Source: Chrysomallon squamiferum
Taxonomy: Eukaryota; Animalia; Mollusca
Length of the DNA: 64,000 nucleotides
NCBI GenBank assembly: GCA_012295275.1
Contig: CM022665.1
Location: 29,140,001-29,204,000, forward strand
Reading direction: 5' to 3'
The notes under the pieces: generated by a model
Databases searched by the model: none
Seen by the model: only the letters and a program-made list of their open reading frames with translations
What the model was told of the DNA's origin: nothing
Made by a program: the position numbers and the translations under genes
In this document: one piece after another, positions 28,023 to 43,974 of the stretch
Layout: every line of letters begins with the position of its first letter
Position numbering within the stretch: the stretch's first letter is position 1

Positions 28023-29826
28023 CGCCCCCATTGTATTCCATTCTACAATAAAATCGGCAAACATCGATCTTCTTCTGATTTCAGATTATTACAAAACACT
28101 GTCTTTAGTTTATATCAACATTTTCAATAATGCTTATAAATAATCATAAATTAAATTAAAAACAATATATAATAAATAAACAAGATATAAACAGTCAGAA
28201 CCACAAACTCATATAACTAAAGCAAACAATTCAATCTGTTATAAATATGACTGCATTTTCGCACTGTTGATTTATCTAAACGTTTTGATTACTGAAAGTG
28301 CTGCGAATGGCACTGATTTTTGTCTGGCAAATATATCGATTCTCTCTTTTCTTTATCTTATCTCTTAAATACTGCTCACTGAAAACATCATATTCGAGCA
28401 GACCTGAAATGAATTACCCATAAATAATTTAACTGTTGGCACTCCAAAATAAACATTAAAGTCACCTATCACTCTGCTTACTCCAGTCAGCGAAACAAAA
28501 AGATGTAACAAAGACACAGACCGGTGAGACCATAAAAACATGCAGAGGGTAATGAATATTAGTTTCACAAACAAAAGCGACAAATCAAAAATTACTTGTA
28601 ATATGCCATTTTCGTATTTCACAGATGTCTTATTAGACACTGAGGCATATATTACTAAGTTTATCCATTCTTTAATAGCATCGTGTGTGTGTTTCCGACA
28701 TATTTGTTTTTTTTAAAATAAATAAACTTCATTTTCAACAAATTTAGATATACACATATTGCAGTGATACGACCTCTGTAAAACCTTTATCGCTTCCAGT
28801 CGCATTGTAACATTTTTACTGATTTTGAATGTCTAAAATATAACATCTTTAGCCAAACAGTGAGGATGTAAATGCCACTTTACTCACTAATTTACTTAAG
28901 TGGAACCCAGACTTCTGGATGCAATCACGTAAATTAAATTTAAAACGATCGCTATTTCACTTTCATGTAGAACAAATTTATCAGACTAAATTGCTCTAGT
29001 TAAACTGTGTGCGAACCACACACTTATTCTAACCTGAAATAAAATACAAGTAACAATATCATCTTTATCAGTCAAAATCAGTTTAAAAGAATATTACACT
29101 TATGGATTAGAACCAAACTACATACCGTGAACTTTCAGAGAATTGTCGACAGAACGGTATACAATTCAGTAAGCACGCCAATGTTGGCTTAAAGCAATAA
29201 TAAATAATGATTAGCTAAAAGATGGGTTCAATTTCTGGAAGAAAAGTACACAAACAAACAGTCTATGTTTGGAGGTTTTTTTAAGATAATTTAATAAATA
29301 AATTCTGTGTACTGAATCAGGCAGCTCATTTTAAAACGATAAACTGATTTTCAAAATGATCGATGTTTCCTAAAATGATCATGTAGGGAAAACAGAATGA
29401 GGAAGGAAATGAAGTTTTGATGTCTCCAGAGACGATGAACGAGTCACAGGAGAGGCTTACGTTTTCGGTTAATATTTTATTGAAACAAAAAGAAAAATTC
29501 CATTTTTGGTTAATAACGACAGCTGAGCGCTAGTTAATGGAGACAAAATAAATTACAGTTGTCTATAAAATAATGATAGCTTCAGTCAAATACAGGACAC
29601 TGATATATTTCTTATTTAAATAGTTAATGATTTCAGTTTATCATAAGTTTTATCAGTAATTGTTTTTGTAGGCTCGGGTAGCTGTAATAAATACATCTTT
29701 GACATTCAGACGTATTGAATTTTAGAATATATTCGTTATTGTATGCTTAGTTAATTAATGAAACCATACACTGAAAATAAATAAAATTAATGTTTTGTAA
29801 TGCTATGAAGAGGGATGTATTAGAAT

Positions 29827-29889
<63 letters not shown>

Positions 29890-31184
29890 ATATTTTAATG
29901 ACGTTACTAACGTAACTATTCATCATTTAACAAACTGTATTACGTTGTATTACATGATGTATTACATGACTGTATGCATATAGTGGAGATCATTATCTTG
30001 GCTGAAAATATTTTAAAACACATTATGATGATTAAGGTTTGTGAATGATGATGATAGATGCATGTTATTTTCTATGTTCTATATGATGATAGGGAATTAA
30101 ATTTTTTAAAAATGGAGAGAAGTGTAATTTATATATGTATCTGTGCTAAACGAAACAGACTGGAATTGCGAAGATAAAGCGATGGCCTCAAACATGATAG
30201 TTGTTTTCATCATTTGTTTCACATGAACTTAGTATTTAAAGCCAATTTCCCAAGACTGGATCGAGCTATTTGCCCATTGGTTCGTAGAAATGTGCAACTA
30301 AAATTGTCCTTCGTTATATTTTTGTTAATCAATGTCAAATTTTGCAGACAAGGAAGCTCTTTTTAACATAAATTATAAAGTTTCGAACGTATGCAGATAA
30401 AAAAAATAATTTTAAATATATTATTACGAAACAAAGGTATGGAACTAGATTTTACAAATAACACACAACAGTGGTCCAAGCTTCACTTCATGAAAAAGAC
30501 AGAGGAAGTTTATCGAGAGAATTTGTCTAGACGAGCCTTCGGCCACGATTACTGTTATCTTAGCCCCGATACGTCAGCAAATTAAATACTGTTATCGTTT
30601 CTTTGATGATAACAACAAGAAAGATGAAACTTGTTGGCTTTGAATTCGTTGTACTATTGGCCACTGTAAATGAATAAACTAAAAGTTCTAAATGATAAAT
30701 ATAAACATTATCCTCCTATCTCACAAACTCTTTGTCTTGGACTAGGTTGGGACAAGCAAAGCACGAGTAACGTGGGTGTACCAAAAGAAAATTTACGGTT
30801 ACTGTATGAATACAGCAGATTCGACTGAGCAGTTTTAATCCATTTAAAAGAACGTTAAAAAAAAAAATCTTTACCACATTTTAATCAAGCTTATTTATCG
30901 AATCAATTTATCAAGCTGTTTGGCTACCGGAATAGCTGTTTCTCTAGTTGTTAGCATTTCGGGAAAGGCAAAGAAAATCGTCACAGAACAAACATAAAAA
31001 ACTCAAGTCTAGGTTATCTGAACCAATCCTGATGAAATGTCATCATTTCCAGAACTTAGAACACAGAGTTCTGTGATAAAAGCCCGAAGAGCTTGTATTT
31101 TTTCTGTGTTTTGTTCTAATAACGGAAGCAATTGAATTTTATTTAGTTTTCATTCGAAGAGTTATATTAAAATTAAAAACATAC

Positions 31185-31187
<3 letters not shown>

Positions 31188-31273
<86 letters not shown>

Positions 31274-31420
31274 GCATTTTGGGTTTATATCACACGCACA
31301 AACTTTTGACAGACGTTTAAGAGTTTAAGACTATCAAGGAGAGAGAAAGGTAAATAGACAGAAAAACAGACAGACAGATAGACAGATAGATAGACATAGA
31401 TAGATAGATAGACAGATAGA

Positions 31421-31456
<36 letters not shown>

Positions 31457-31499
31457 TAGATAGAGATAGATAGAGAGAGATAGATAGATAGAGAGACAT

Positions 31500-31576
<77 letters not shown>

Positions 31577-31592
31577 CATATAGATAGATAGT

Positions 31593-31632
<40 letters not shown>

Positions 31633-31649
31633 TAGATAGATAGACAGAC

Positions 31650-31684
<35 letters not shown>

Positions 31685-31719
31685 TAGATAGATAGATAGA
31701 TAGATAGACAGATAGACAT

Positions 31720-31784
<65 letters not shown>

Positions 31785-31799
31785 CAGACAGAGAGACAT

Positions 31800-31832
<33 letters not shown>

Positions 31833-31851
31833 TAGATAGATAGACAGACAT

Positions 31852-31944
<93 letters not shown>

Positions 31945-31953
31945 CAGACAGAC
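31188..31953. repeat. (GA)n followed by long (GATA)n/(GACA)n array
   Basis: Seen directly in sequence. Confidence 0.95.
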
Positions 31954-31959
31954 TATTAG

Positions 31960-32209
31960 CAGTGGCGTGCAGAGGGGGCGCGAAGGGGCGATGGCCCAGG
32001 GCATCCAATCAGAAAAAAAAACTTAATAAATTTGGTTGATTTATATTTAAATCGAATAAAGTGTTTATTTTATGTTTCATCTGTGTTTACTTGTTCAAAA
32101 TATCTTCCTTTCTCATAATATTTCTCAGTACTAGGCCTTTTACTTGAGTGTTTGGGGCAGGCAATCAAGGAGTTGGCCCCGGGCATCACCAGACCTCTGC
32201 ACGCCACTG
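31960..32209 (-). mobile_element. hAT-type MITE, second copy of the 23622-23888 family in opposite orientation
   Basis: Perfect 16-bp TIR CAGTGGCGTGCAGAGG/CCTCTGCACGCCACTG. The interior is the reverse complement of 23622-23888 (e.g. ctcagtactaggccttttacttgagtgtttggggcaggcaatcaaggagttggccc). No matching 8-bp TSD. Confidence 0.85.
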
Positions 32210-34450
32210 CAAACAGACAGACAGATGAGGTAGAGCAATAATTTTATTTATACTGTCAGCATCCACATTTTATTCTGTAGGTGGAAATTTAACTGTGCTA
32301 AGTTTTTCTTTCATTACAGTCATGGAAGACGGACGGATGGATGAATGCACAGACTGAATACTGGATGTGCAGATAGATGTCATTTAAAAATAAAATAAAA
32401 TAAAAACAAAAAACAAACAGGAGTTAAAGACTGTGTAAAAATGTGATTCTTTGTTCTCAATGTAACTGATTTTTTCCCCTAATCCTTTATTACTCATGTT
32501 ATCAATTTAACCCATATAAGTTCTAACGAGACCCTTTTGTGTACAACTCGAATTAACGAATCTTGTCCGTGTAATCACTGTCGGAACTTTCTAAGTACAA
32601 GACTGTTATTGAAATCTCCAAACACCTCTTTTAAGTAAAATATAGCTCGAATTTCGATTATTGGTCACTAGTCGATACATCGGTCTGGTAAAACTAATTA
32701 AAATTTTGGCGGATTTCCAGTCATATCTGCTTCTGAACTGACTTTAGTCGTTAACAAGATCGAGATTTAATTTGTACAGTTCAGTCATGAAGAGTTATTA
32801 ATAGAAGAATCGGTCGCAAATTTTACCTCTGAGACTAAGTATTTCGTTGCCTTAAAAAAACAACACACACAAAAAACAACAACACGAAAACTTTACTTTG
32901 GCTTCTCGCCTTTTACCTGAATCAGTAGGAAAAGATCGAACTGAATTTCTTATTAAAAAAAAAAAAAAAAAAAAAACTTTTTAGAATATTTCCATTTTGG
33001 TCCATTCATACGTTTGTATGTCTTCTATGTTGACATCATCCAAATTTCCATGTTTTGTTAAAGCACGATTATATATACATGACAGTATATTATGTAAATG
33101 TACTTATAACAAGACAACAAAACATGCAGTATGGGCGAATATCAATGCGTAAATTGAGATTTAGAAGTATAACATCAAAGACGAATTTCGTTTGTGATAA
33201 AACTAAGTTAAGCTGAACCCTTTGAAAAATTACGTACTTAAGAATAGTAGAATACTTACACTTAAATTTTTTTACCAACAGAATACTTGTTAATGTGTGT
33301 GTGTGTGTTTTGTGTGTGTGTGTGTGTATGTGCGTGTGTGTGTATATATGCATCAGCTATTTCTTGCATTATTTAATAACTCTGGATATTCTTCACTTGT
33401 AACAGTGATTTGAAATAACGTACATTAAGAGCACATTAGATTTTTACGGCTGTTTACACGACTGGAGCCAGGATATTAATGTAGCTTTAGGCTTTCACTG
33501 AAGTTAAACCAGGACATTTAGCAGTTTAATGAGATTTAAGTCAGTCAGTACGTTTTTAACAAAATGATTTCGTTTTATTTTATGACTATTACAATGGACA
33601 TTGCATAATTTTAAAAAGTTTGCTTGAAAGTAATAGAAAAACCAAATTCAGGTACCTAATTAGCCAAACAACAATAACAACTAAAAGAAATAAAATAAAA
33701 AAATAAAAAGGTTAAAAAAAATGATCATATAAAAATTACCTTGCATAAATCATACACCCGTGCTATTTCCTTCGTAATGAACATATTTATAAATAAAATT
33801 ATAATAAACTTTTTCTGGGTGTTTTTTTGTTTTTTTTTTATCTTCGGACATGTTGTATGAGTTATGATATATCAAAATGTTTTTTTCTTGTTCTAAGATT
33901 TTTTGGTACGTATTTACATAAGCAGTTGAATCCTTCAGTGTAGACGGGAATGAATGTAGCACTACATTAACAGAATACAATTAACTTATCTGTTTTCATC
34001 CAGTTCTTAAAAATTAATCCTTTTAAATAAAATCAGAAAGTTGTTTTTGTTTTATTTCGTCGTTTCTAAAACACTTAATTATTTCCCTTCAGTTCGGGAT
34101 CCCGATTCTCCTAATAAATCAGTGATTTTTATATTTGCATCCGAGCAGTTATTTAAAGATTATAAACCAGGCAAACTCAGGATCATGACTTCATCTATGA
34201 TGTCCGGATCTAGTATTAAATTTACTGTGGCCGGATTAGGCTAAACACACAAATTAAAGTGAAACCAGCGAGTAACAGAGCTGCAGTGGAGTGACAAGAC
34301 ACTCGTCAACACAGTAATCTCCACTTGATTGGCTTTGCCGGCCATCACTGCCCAACAAACAATCCTTAATGATTTGTGTCCACTTTCAATAATCCTAGGT
34401 TTGACCGACAATCGAAAGTGAAGCATTTAGTACATTACTGGTCTTATAGC

Positions 34451-34870
34451 TACATACATACATACATACATACATACATACATACATTCATACATACATA
34501 CATACACACACATATATACATACACACACATATATTATACATACATACATACATACATACATACATACATACATACATACATACATACACACACATATAT
34601 ACATACACACACATATATTATACATACATACATACATACATACATACATACATACGTACATACATAACATACATAACATACATACATACATACATAACAT
34701 ACAAACATACATATATACATAGATATATACACACACACATATATATATATACATATATACACACATACGTACGTACATAGATACATATATAGATACGTAC
34801 GTACACACACACACATACATACATACATACACACATATATACACAGTTTCTTACATACATATATAAAATA
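34451..34870. repeat. (TACA)n/(TA)n/(CA)n compound microsatellite
   Basis: Seen directly in sequence. Confidence 0.9.
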
Positions 34871-35540
34871 CACATATTAAAAAAAAAATCATTTTATTGA
34901 ATCTTCATTTCATTTTTTGTATACACTCGTGGTAAGATGGTATTCCTATTCTGATACAAACTGGAGTGATGATTCCTTGAGGTTTTCAACATTCTACTCA
35001 TTTGTAATTAGTGGTTACGGTCAGTCTTATTAAATTTATCATACAAATTTGGCTTGTTGAAACGTTTGTCGGTTGTCTGCCACCCAGTTCTTCCATCCAG
35101 ATTCCAAAGGGAGACATTTTGATAAGTGTGTTAAGAAAGAAGACGCTCGTATATAGGGCAGCAGTTTAAGCTACATAATTGTTTTAGGATAACGTAAAGA
35201 AAAGAATTCGTTACGTGACTCAGTACATGTTCCAGTTCTTCCCCCGGAGCTAAGCTTACCATGTAGAATTTGTCTTCTAATTAATATATCGACAAATAAC
35301 AGGAATATTGAAATAATATTTATATACTAAGCATATATATATTATTTTATTTTATTTTTTTACAGAATATCCATAAATAATAATAATAATAATAAATTAA
35401 TTAATATTTTGGATTAATATAAATAAAAAAATGTAAATCAGAAATAAAAAGAATAATTATGAAAGAAAAGAAGAACGCAAAAATAAGCTAAACCAAATTG
35501 TAGTTAACAAATGTCGATAATATCATTATTGCTATTGTTA

Positions 35541-35598
<58 letters not shown>

Positions 35599-36764
35599 TG
35601 TGGTTGTTGTTGTTGTTGTTGTTGTTGCTGTTTTTATAATTATTATTGATTTTGTTTTTCTTTGGTTTTCTTGGTGGTGCTGCCAACGATAAACGAAAAT
35701 GTAACAAACTGTAAACTTAATGTGAGCTTATTGTATATAACAAGATAATCTGCTATAATTCCACGTACAACGATTCAAAGTGTGTAAGTTTGTCTAACAA
35801 AGTAAGATGTGAATTACACTCACGAATCAAATACGCGGTTATCGTCTGCTTGTGACAAATGATGAACAAGTGTAAATTCCCTCAGGTTTTTCTTTCATTA
35901 CAGAGTCAGCGAAGACTTGTTTGAAATCGTAACAGCATGTGAATACTAATGCACAGCCAAAGTACATTTCCAGCTGGGAGATTATTCGAGATTATCTTAA
36001 GTAGGCGATAGAAGATAATGCGATAATCCATAATAAAGGCAAGAATTTTACAACAGACCTGATTTTATATATCACCTGAAAATATTTTTTTATGTGGATG
36101 AAAAATCGCATAGTTATTGCATAATTTAATACTTTTTAATGACTATTTTTATTACTTTTCTTTTTTTTTTTATTTTATTTTTATTTTTTTTTTTTTTTTT
36201 TTTTTTTTATTTGTTGTTGTTGTTGTTGTTGTTTGATCGACAGGATGGTTTTCTATGAATTTAAAAAATGAATACAGAAATTAATTTATAAAATAATTGT
36301 GAAAATCATCATAACTTTCCTTTTCCTAATGATACGATTTTTGATTATTATTTTAGATTATTAGGAGACGACGCGTCAGATAACTGTCATGGCAGTTTGT
36401 TTCCATTAACATCTCATCACTGAATTTTGTCAGTTACTTCTCGACTTTGGTAAAGACTGATACCGATATGAAGTTCACCAAAACAGTTGTGTTGCAGTTT
36501 ATCCGATTTGTTTCTATTTTTATTTAAAAGAAAAGAAGGGGAAAAACAAGGAAAAAAAAAGAAAAGAAGAAATAATAACAATAAAAATAAACCATTTATA
36601 CAGAGATGTCAATTGCTCTGATTTCAGTATCGTAAACAATTCGTTTTTTAAATAAAGTATTTTGTGATACTTTGATTTGCTAGCTGAACTCAACGACTTC
36701 ACGTACATTCCCTCGAAAAGACAATTTCGTCAGCTCAGATATGTACGTTTGTTTCTGCTCTAAC

Positions 36765-37130
36765 AACAGGTTTTTCAAACTGTGGTACGAGTATTAATTA
36801 ACCAGGTGCATGAGAGCAAAATTCAGTAACAGCCAATACAAAAAGTAAAAACAGTATTTGTACAGAAGGCCACTTACAGAATCATAATTATTCTCGCCCG
36901 ACTCTCAAAAACTATTCCAAATCATTTTTATATTTTTTTTTCTTAATTATTATTATTTTCAAACATTATAATTTTGCAATGTATAATAACTAATTAAAGC
37001 ACTGTGCACATTTTGCCTGCATATTAACTTACAATACTGAAGCTGCTATGTCATGATATTTGGAAACGGGTACGCAAAATCAAATATTTTCTCCAAGGGG
37101 AACACTTACAAAAACGTTTTAAAACCTCTG
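36765..37130. mobile_element. Degenerate hAT-like MITE
   Basis: Left end aggtttttcaaactgtggtacg and right end gggtacgc...gttttaaaacctctg resemble CAGxGGTTxTCAAAC-type hAT termini. No clear TSD. Confidence 0.4.
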
Positions 37131-37561
37131 TACTACAAAAATTTATAATATAATTCTGTTTAGCTGCTTGACTTCCAAATGGCTTCGACTAATACCCTTT
37201 CTTCAGTTTCCAAATTGTTACTAATCTCAGTTAAGCAGCTGACAAATCAACCGAAGCGTATTTATAGAAAATACTTTATTTACAGTGTGCAATATCTGGT
37301 TATAGAAACCAAATTACTCACGATATTAGGAAAAAAAACACCAAAACAATATATTCATTAATCCCGGCATACTGGGTGCAACGGATTCGAGTCCACTTTT
37401 GTAGAACGTCAGGTTTATAGAGAAATTTAAAAGTTGACATGAAAATAAAAAGGAAATAAAACAATAGTAAATCATTTGTGAACTCTGGTAGCTGTAAGAT
37501 TAATGATGCTTGTTTTCTATGTTCTATTAATATATAAATTATTTTAAAAATAATAATAATA

Positions 37562-37671
<110 letters not shown>

Positions 37672-38159
37672 TGAAATAAATAAATTTTGAAATTCTCTAT
37701 TTTTTATTATATTAATTACATGAATTAAGTAAAAGGAAGGTTATAGGAAGTTGAATTTTGGTCCTTCTGTTCATCCTGCTATTACCATTATAAAAATATT
37801 CAATGAAATCATAATTTTGTGCTATATGATAGCTGTAGATATTAAATTTTTTTATTATATAAATAATAAACAAACAAACAAAGTAATAAAAAAAACTAAT
37901 TCTAACATTATAATCAAGAAAATATAATTTACTGGTTTTTTACAAATGTCGTTTGTTTGCACCTTGTTTCTTGTTTTGTTATTGTTATCATTTTACATTT
38001 CATATATATATATATATATATATAATCAAAATTCTAACAACAGTAGTAAATATATTAACAGTAATCAATCATATAGACAATCCTCCATGTAAGGCGATAA
38101 AAAATGTATCTCAATATTTCTTTCTGTAACTATAGCTACATATTAATGGGGCAGAAGAA

Positions 38160-38191
<32 letters not shown>

Positions 38192-38518
38192 ACAGACACA
38201 CACACACCTTTTTATAAAAACAGAGGCGCGCGGATTGTGGCTTTATTTAAGGATAAAAAGAAAAAAATATATATATAAAGAAAGCTGCTAATAAGAAAGA
38301 CACTTTTAATGAAAAAGAAAAACGAAAAGAATATTCAAAAAAAGAGGACAATTTGTTCTCTTGTATTATCGGTTATAAGTATCTGGATATATTATAAATA
38401 TTGTGCGTTAATATCTGGAGAGTTCCTTACAAACTTGTTTTAACCAGTGTGCTTAATCGAAGACAAGTCTGTCATTTGTGAGTTACCTCTCTTTGTACGA
38501 GCATTTAGTGAAGAAGTG

Positions 38519-38597
<79 letters not shown>

Positions 38598-39071
38598 ACT
38601 AAAATAAAACATGGACATACTGACATTTTGGTTCTACTGCATTATTCTACTCATTTCTCCGAGACTGCTTTCTGCACATTTATTTCACGCTGAAAATGTC
38701 ACATTATTGAACTGAATTGTGTAGATAATTATCGGGGCTTCACATCGATAAACAGTCCGAATCCTTTAGGGTTTTCTCACACCACACCAGCTGGCAGGCA
38801 CAAGTGTTAAAATTAACAAAGTAATTAAGTATGTAGTCTACACAGTAGGGAATAATTTGTTCATTTAGTGCAACTCGTTACGTCAGTAGTTATGTTGAAC
38901 GTAGCTACAATGATATGATACAAACAACGTGACAAAACGTTGAATGGGACTACTGTATGTCAAAGGTGTGAAATCTTTTTTAAAAAATAACATTCATAGT
39001 GGATAAATAGAACAAACTCATCTTTTTCAGTATGTGAGCTTGACAGTAATTAATGTTATCTTGTTATTACT

Positions 39072-40060
39072 TTATTTTGGATTTTCTGAAGATTTACAAA
39101 TATAATGTACCAATGCAGGGGTTTGTTTTGAAGATTCTTCCTTAGTAATAACGAAGCCAGCATCGTGAATAAGATCTCGAGTTTTTTCCAACCCTAAACA
39201 AGGACCATAAGCTTCAGCATCTTCTGTTTGCACGAGACTACCTGGAACACAGAAAAATGATCCAAGCGTGTACATCTGAGCCCAGAAGATATTTCCTTTG
39301 TTATCTGCCAGATTTCCTCGCATACCAAAATCGATTATACTGAGTGTACCATTTTCCTTCAAAGATCGTTTAATACCCTTCAGCGCTTTTGCAGGATTTG
39401 GGCAGTCGTGTAGCGTATCGTGGATGAAAACCCAGTCAAACATCTTGTCTACCGTGTCCGGCAGATCCATCAAATCGTACAACTCGAACGAAATGTTTCT
39501 CAGATTTCTTTGTGCTGCGGTTTGTCGAGCCTTGGCAAGTGACGTTTCGGAGATGTCACCTCCAACAAATGTTGACTCTGGGTACCGTGCTGCTAGGTTC
39601 AGAAGGATTATTCCTTTAGCACAGCCATATTCCACAACACGTATTCCTCTTTCTGCAAATCACAGAGAGGGGATTGTAAAAATTATATGAATATTATTTA
39701 AATATTTATTCATTTGCAGTCGTCAGACACTCAGGAAAGCTTTAGTCTGATGAAGTATTAACATCCAGTCATTAGACTTCTTTTACAATTATTTGTCTTT
39801 CACAGCCTTATTCTCATGGTATTATTACAATCTTTCCTCATTTTATTATTATTCTAAAAATTATTTTTACCCATGTATCAGATAATTTTAATATAATCTT
39901 ACCAAGCCTACATCTTATTTCGGGAATGTGTGGTAAAATGTCTTTGTCTATGATGGTGTCTTGGGTCAGTAGTCTGGTGTCACCCAGAACGTTGTACACG
40001 GCCTCACCAAACGAAACACCTGGCGAAAGAAACACAAATTATAAACATTGTGCTTGTTGT

Positions 40061-40091
<31 letters not shown>

Positions 40092-40790
40092 ACAGCTATT
40101 ACTGTTTTTAATTCATTTCTGTATATAAATGAAACATATTTAATTTCGAATGAACGTGTTTGTTATTATCATCTGAAATTACCAAATCATCGATAATAAT
40201 TGCTAGTTAATAATTAGATAAACACGGGCGTCAAGCAAAGGGTTCGTCTAAATCAGTCCAGAACAAAATAACTGCTAAAATAATGAAATAGCAGCAGATA
40301 CTTGATATAAGGTATAATCTTAATAAAGATCAAGGAAAGCATATTTACCTGCAGGACCGTTTTTGGTAAGTATTTCCTTCATCTTTTCCATTCTCTGACC
40401 CATGAGATATGTGGCTTTCCCAAACGTAGACATAATTTGAAGAACTGTTTTGTGATTGTCAGGAATGCTGTATTTACTGGAACTGTCGTCTACTTGTATC
40501 ACTTCAGCCGCGGCCAGAGCTCCGAGTATTTCTCTCACGTACCTGGAACAACAAGTTGACAAACTTGTGAATTAAAACAAACAGACGTTTTCTGTAAAAT
40601 AGTATTTGTAAAATTGCGTATATGTATGTATAGGTGTCTGCTGAAATGTTTGTGAGCGTATCAATCTATAATTAGGACAGAACTAAAACCCAGTAGCATT
40701 GAACAAATGCATAAATATTTAAATAATTTTAATTCATTTAAGTTTATTCATCATCTCTCTTTGTATATAATGTTAAGTGTGTGTGTGTGA

Positions 40791-40823
<33 letters not shown>

Positions 40824-41105
40824 TTTGTGCATGTGCATTTGTGTGCGTGCGAGAGTCTATATTTTAATTCCTCAACTGATTTTTATATGATCATTCTGTA
40901 TGTTTTTCTGTAAGTGTTTCTGTCTGTCTCTTTCTCACCTTTCTTTGAGTGTTCCTGTTTCTGCTATCTCTGTAGATGTTAGTGGTTTTTCGGCAGAGTA
41001 CAGAATATCAAGGATGCCCACTTCTTTAGCCAACTGTAAGGACATCTGAACACACGCTGCAGAAAAGTAATCTGAAATTTTCTTCTGGTAACTTACTGAA
41101 TCCAT
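39072..41105 (-). CDS. SAM-dependent methyltransferase, Rv2258c-like (N-terminal wHTH + class I MTase), paralog 1, ~352 aa
   Basis: Exons 41105-40939 (MDSVSYQKKISDYFSAACVQMSLQLAKEVGIL...LTSTEIAETGTLKER), 40542-40349, 40019-39903 and 39652-39072. All introns are GT-AG with phases 2,1,1. Motif I VVEYGCAKG, motif II GGDIS, FDWVFIHDTLHD and SFFCVP are present. Confidence 0.9.
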
Positions 41106-42342
41106 CTAAAAATAATAAAACAACAAACCTGCTAGAAAATAATATCCAAGCAGTAACATACTGGTTTATAATAAACATATGAATATTCTGTTTAGATCAA
41201 TATTAAAAAAATAAGTATTTCGGTAATTTCATATCTTGACATTTTAAGCTTAAAAACTACCCGAGTTTGGAAAGTTGAGAATTTGCACGTATCTGAAGCA
41301 TGAAATAGTGCGACGCTTCTGTCTCACCCTGTATATAACAAATCGCCCAGAATCAAAACTGGTGACATATGCATTAAATACATTATATACAAGTTAAACG
41401 AGATTCAAAATGTAGTCTGATATTGATATTATTTTCTAAACAGTTAAGTACATAAAAAATCGAAAGCGTCTTTTCAGACAGACAAACAAACAAATAATTT
41501 AACACTCAAGGAGAGAAAACAAAATATTACGAAAATGGAAAATTCTAAGAAGACGTTACACCATAAGATTTACATAACTATTTACTCACACCTTGTTAGA
41601 ATGCACAAACAACTTGGTCTGTTCTGAAATAATGTTTAAATACGAACTGAAACAAATCCACGACAAAAAAAAAGAGTATGTCTTCCTTCAGCAAGACACA
41701 GTAACAGAATGTTTATTTGTATCGAGTAAGTAGACTTACTGGTAAACAGATATAATTATTCGTGTTGTTGTTCTAGTTTTTCCCAGGCAGTACCAAACAG
41801 TTCTCAGGCAATTATCTTAATCAATTGATTATTTTTCTGTTCAAATGTGTTATGTATACATTAATATATGGAAGTTCCTTTGTTATCGGGGTTCACGTTC
41901 ACACAGGAAAATAGCTTCTAAAACCGATGACTCTAATTAGACTTTGGATGAAATAAAAGGTTCTTTGTTACCGGTACGTACAATTATTTAATAAAACAAC
42001 ACCAAAACTAAACCACTCAGCGAAATAATTATAGTTCTCAGGAAATTTATTTTTACTTTAGTATAATTTGCTTTGTTGTCTTTGTTATTGTTGTTGTTGT
42101 TATTTCAGTTCTCCGTATCAATTTATATTTAAATGAATTTATCGTATACTCATTTGTTCTATTGGGATAATTATAGACCCTGCCAATTAATAAAAAATAA
42201 CTCTTGGTGGAAAAAAACAAAAAAAAAACAACAACACAGAAATTAACGTTTGTTTCCAAAGTGCAGCAAAAATATATATATACATATAACAATTATATAT
42301 AGTTGTGTGTGTTTGTCTCTCTGTGTCGCTCTGTCTTTTTTT

Positions 42343-42443
<101 letters not shown>

Positions 42444-42578
42444 TGCTTAAACTGTATTTAAAATCTGTCAATAAGTATATGAATATAAACACAAAATCCC
42501 TACTTTCCTTCTTTCTGTCTGTGTGACATACACAGACACACACACACACGTAACACATACATACATACCTATACATAC

Positions 42579-42680
<102 letters not shown>

Positions 42681-43912
42681 CAAGATTAACAATGCCTTTT
42701 TTCGTTGATCAGTATCCACTGCATTGTACATTTTTGTTAAACAGTTTCTTTTATGTTACTGTTAACATGCTATTCAGTTCAGATTAAACTGTTGTTTTCA
42801 TTCTTCCTCTTATCGTGTTTCGGTAACGAATATATTAAGTAATGAACTTTTACTAATTACGTCATTATAAAGCTTATCATATAGAAAATTAACACTGTTT
42901 GGCCCATGGAGCATGTGATTACTTGTTCTCTGTAAGACAGTCGTGGAAATGGTACGTATGTATAACCCAGATGGGTCGCCCACAATGATTAACTTGTTAT
43001 CATTTCTGTCAACATACATTATGATTAGGAAGTTTGTTAGTCTCATGATGTGATGTCCTCTTTTCAGAAAATTGTTTTGAGATCTTGGTGCGTTTGACAA
43101 ATTTGACCAACTGAGATTCAACGTAGATAAATAAGTAAACTATTCAACTAACAAATGCTATGTACATCTATTTAATACAGCAGCCTGCGCTGAAATTAAC
43201 AGATATATATATTTTTTTACATACAAGCTGACGCAAGCTGATTTTCAGTCATAAATGTTTTGCTCATAAACTCTAGGTACATTTTATTTATGCAAAATAA
43301 CATTCATGTTCGTCCAGATATTGCTATAAAAGCTAACACAGTGACCTTTTCATAAAACAAACATTTATCGATATTTATTCTCTCTCACCTATCTATTTAT
43401 ACATATTATCTTTACCGATAATTTATAGCTGCATCTCAAAATCATACAAAAAATACACACATTAAGATAGTCTGTGTATATAACTAACAAAAGTATATTT
43501 ACTCTTATGTACAGCTTTGGCCGCAGGTAAAACAAACTATTAAACAGGAGAATAATCCAGATTATTATATATATATATATATATATACCAACCTTGTTTC
43601 CTTTCAGTCAGCAGAACTAAACGCCTTATAGAAATAATAGACCAGATATTGTGAGTATACCGATAACGTGAACTAAACGTGAACTTGTCGCGCATGCTCG
43701 CTCTCCAGATAACGCAGCCGACAAATGCATTGACAGGTGTGGGTCAGTACGGGTCAGTTGTAAATAACTGCTACAGTTGTTATTACTATGGCCGGTTCCT
43801 GCGAGGTCAGATAATTGTGATCTTTTGTATTGTGTTTAATACAAGAGATGTAGTTAACAGTGCTTCCCGTCACTTACCAGAGCGTGCTAGTGATTAAGCT
43901 GGTGTTATGCTC

Positions 43913-43974
<62 letters not shown>

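Noticed and set aside
31285-32008. Long ORFs with IYLS, YIHT, ERER or poly-L/Y/N repeats here and at 2029, 21368, 34376, 42250, 43860, 49654, 53403 and 60460
   Set aside because: They are translations of microsatellites.
39298-39690. Antisense ORFs overlapping exons (also 12889, 25114, 39926, 44821, 45803, 46889, 59356, 59648)
   Set aside because: They are shadow ORFs on the opposite strand of real coding exons.
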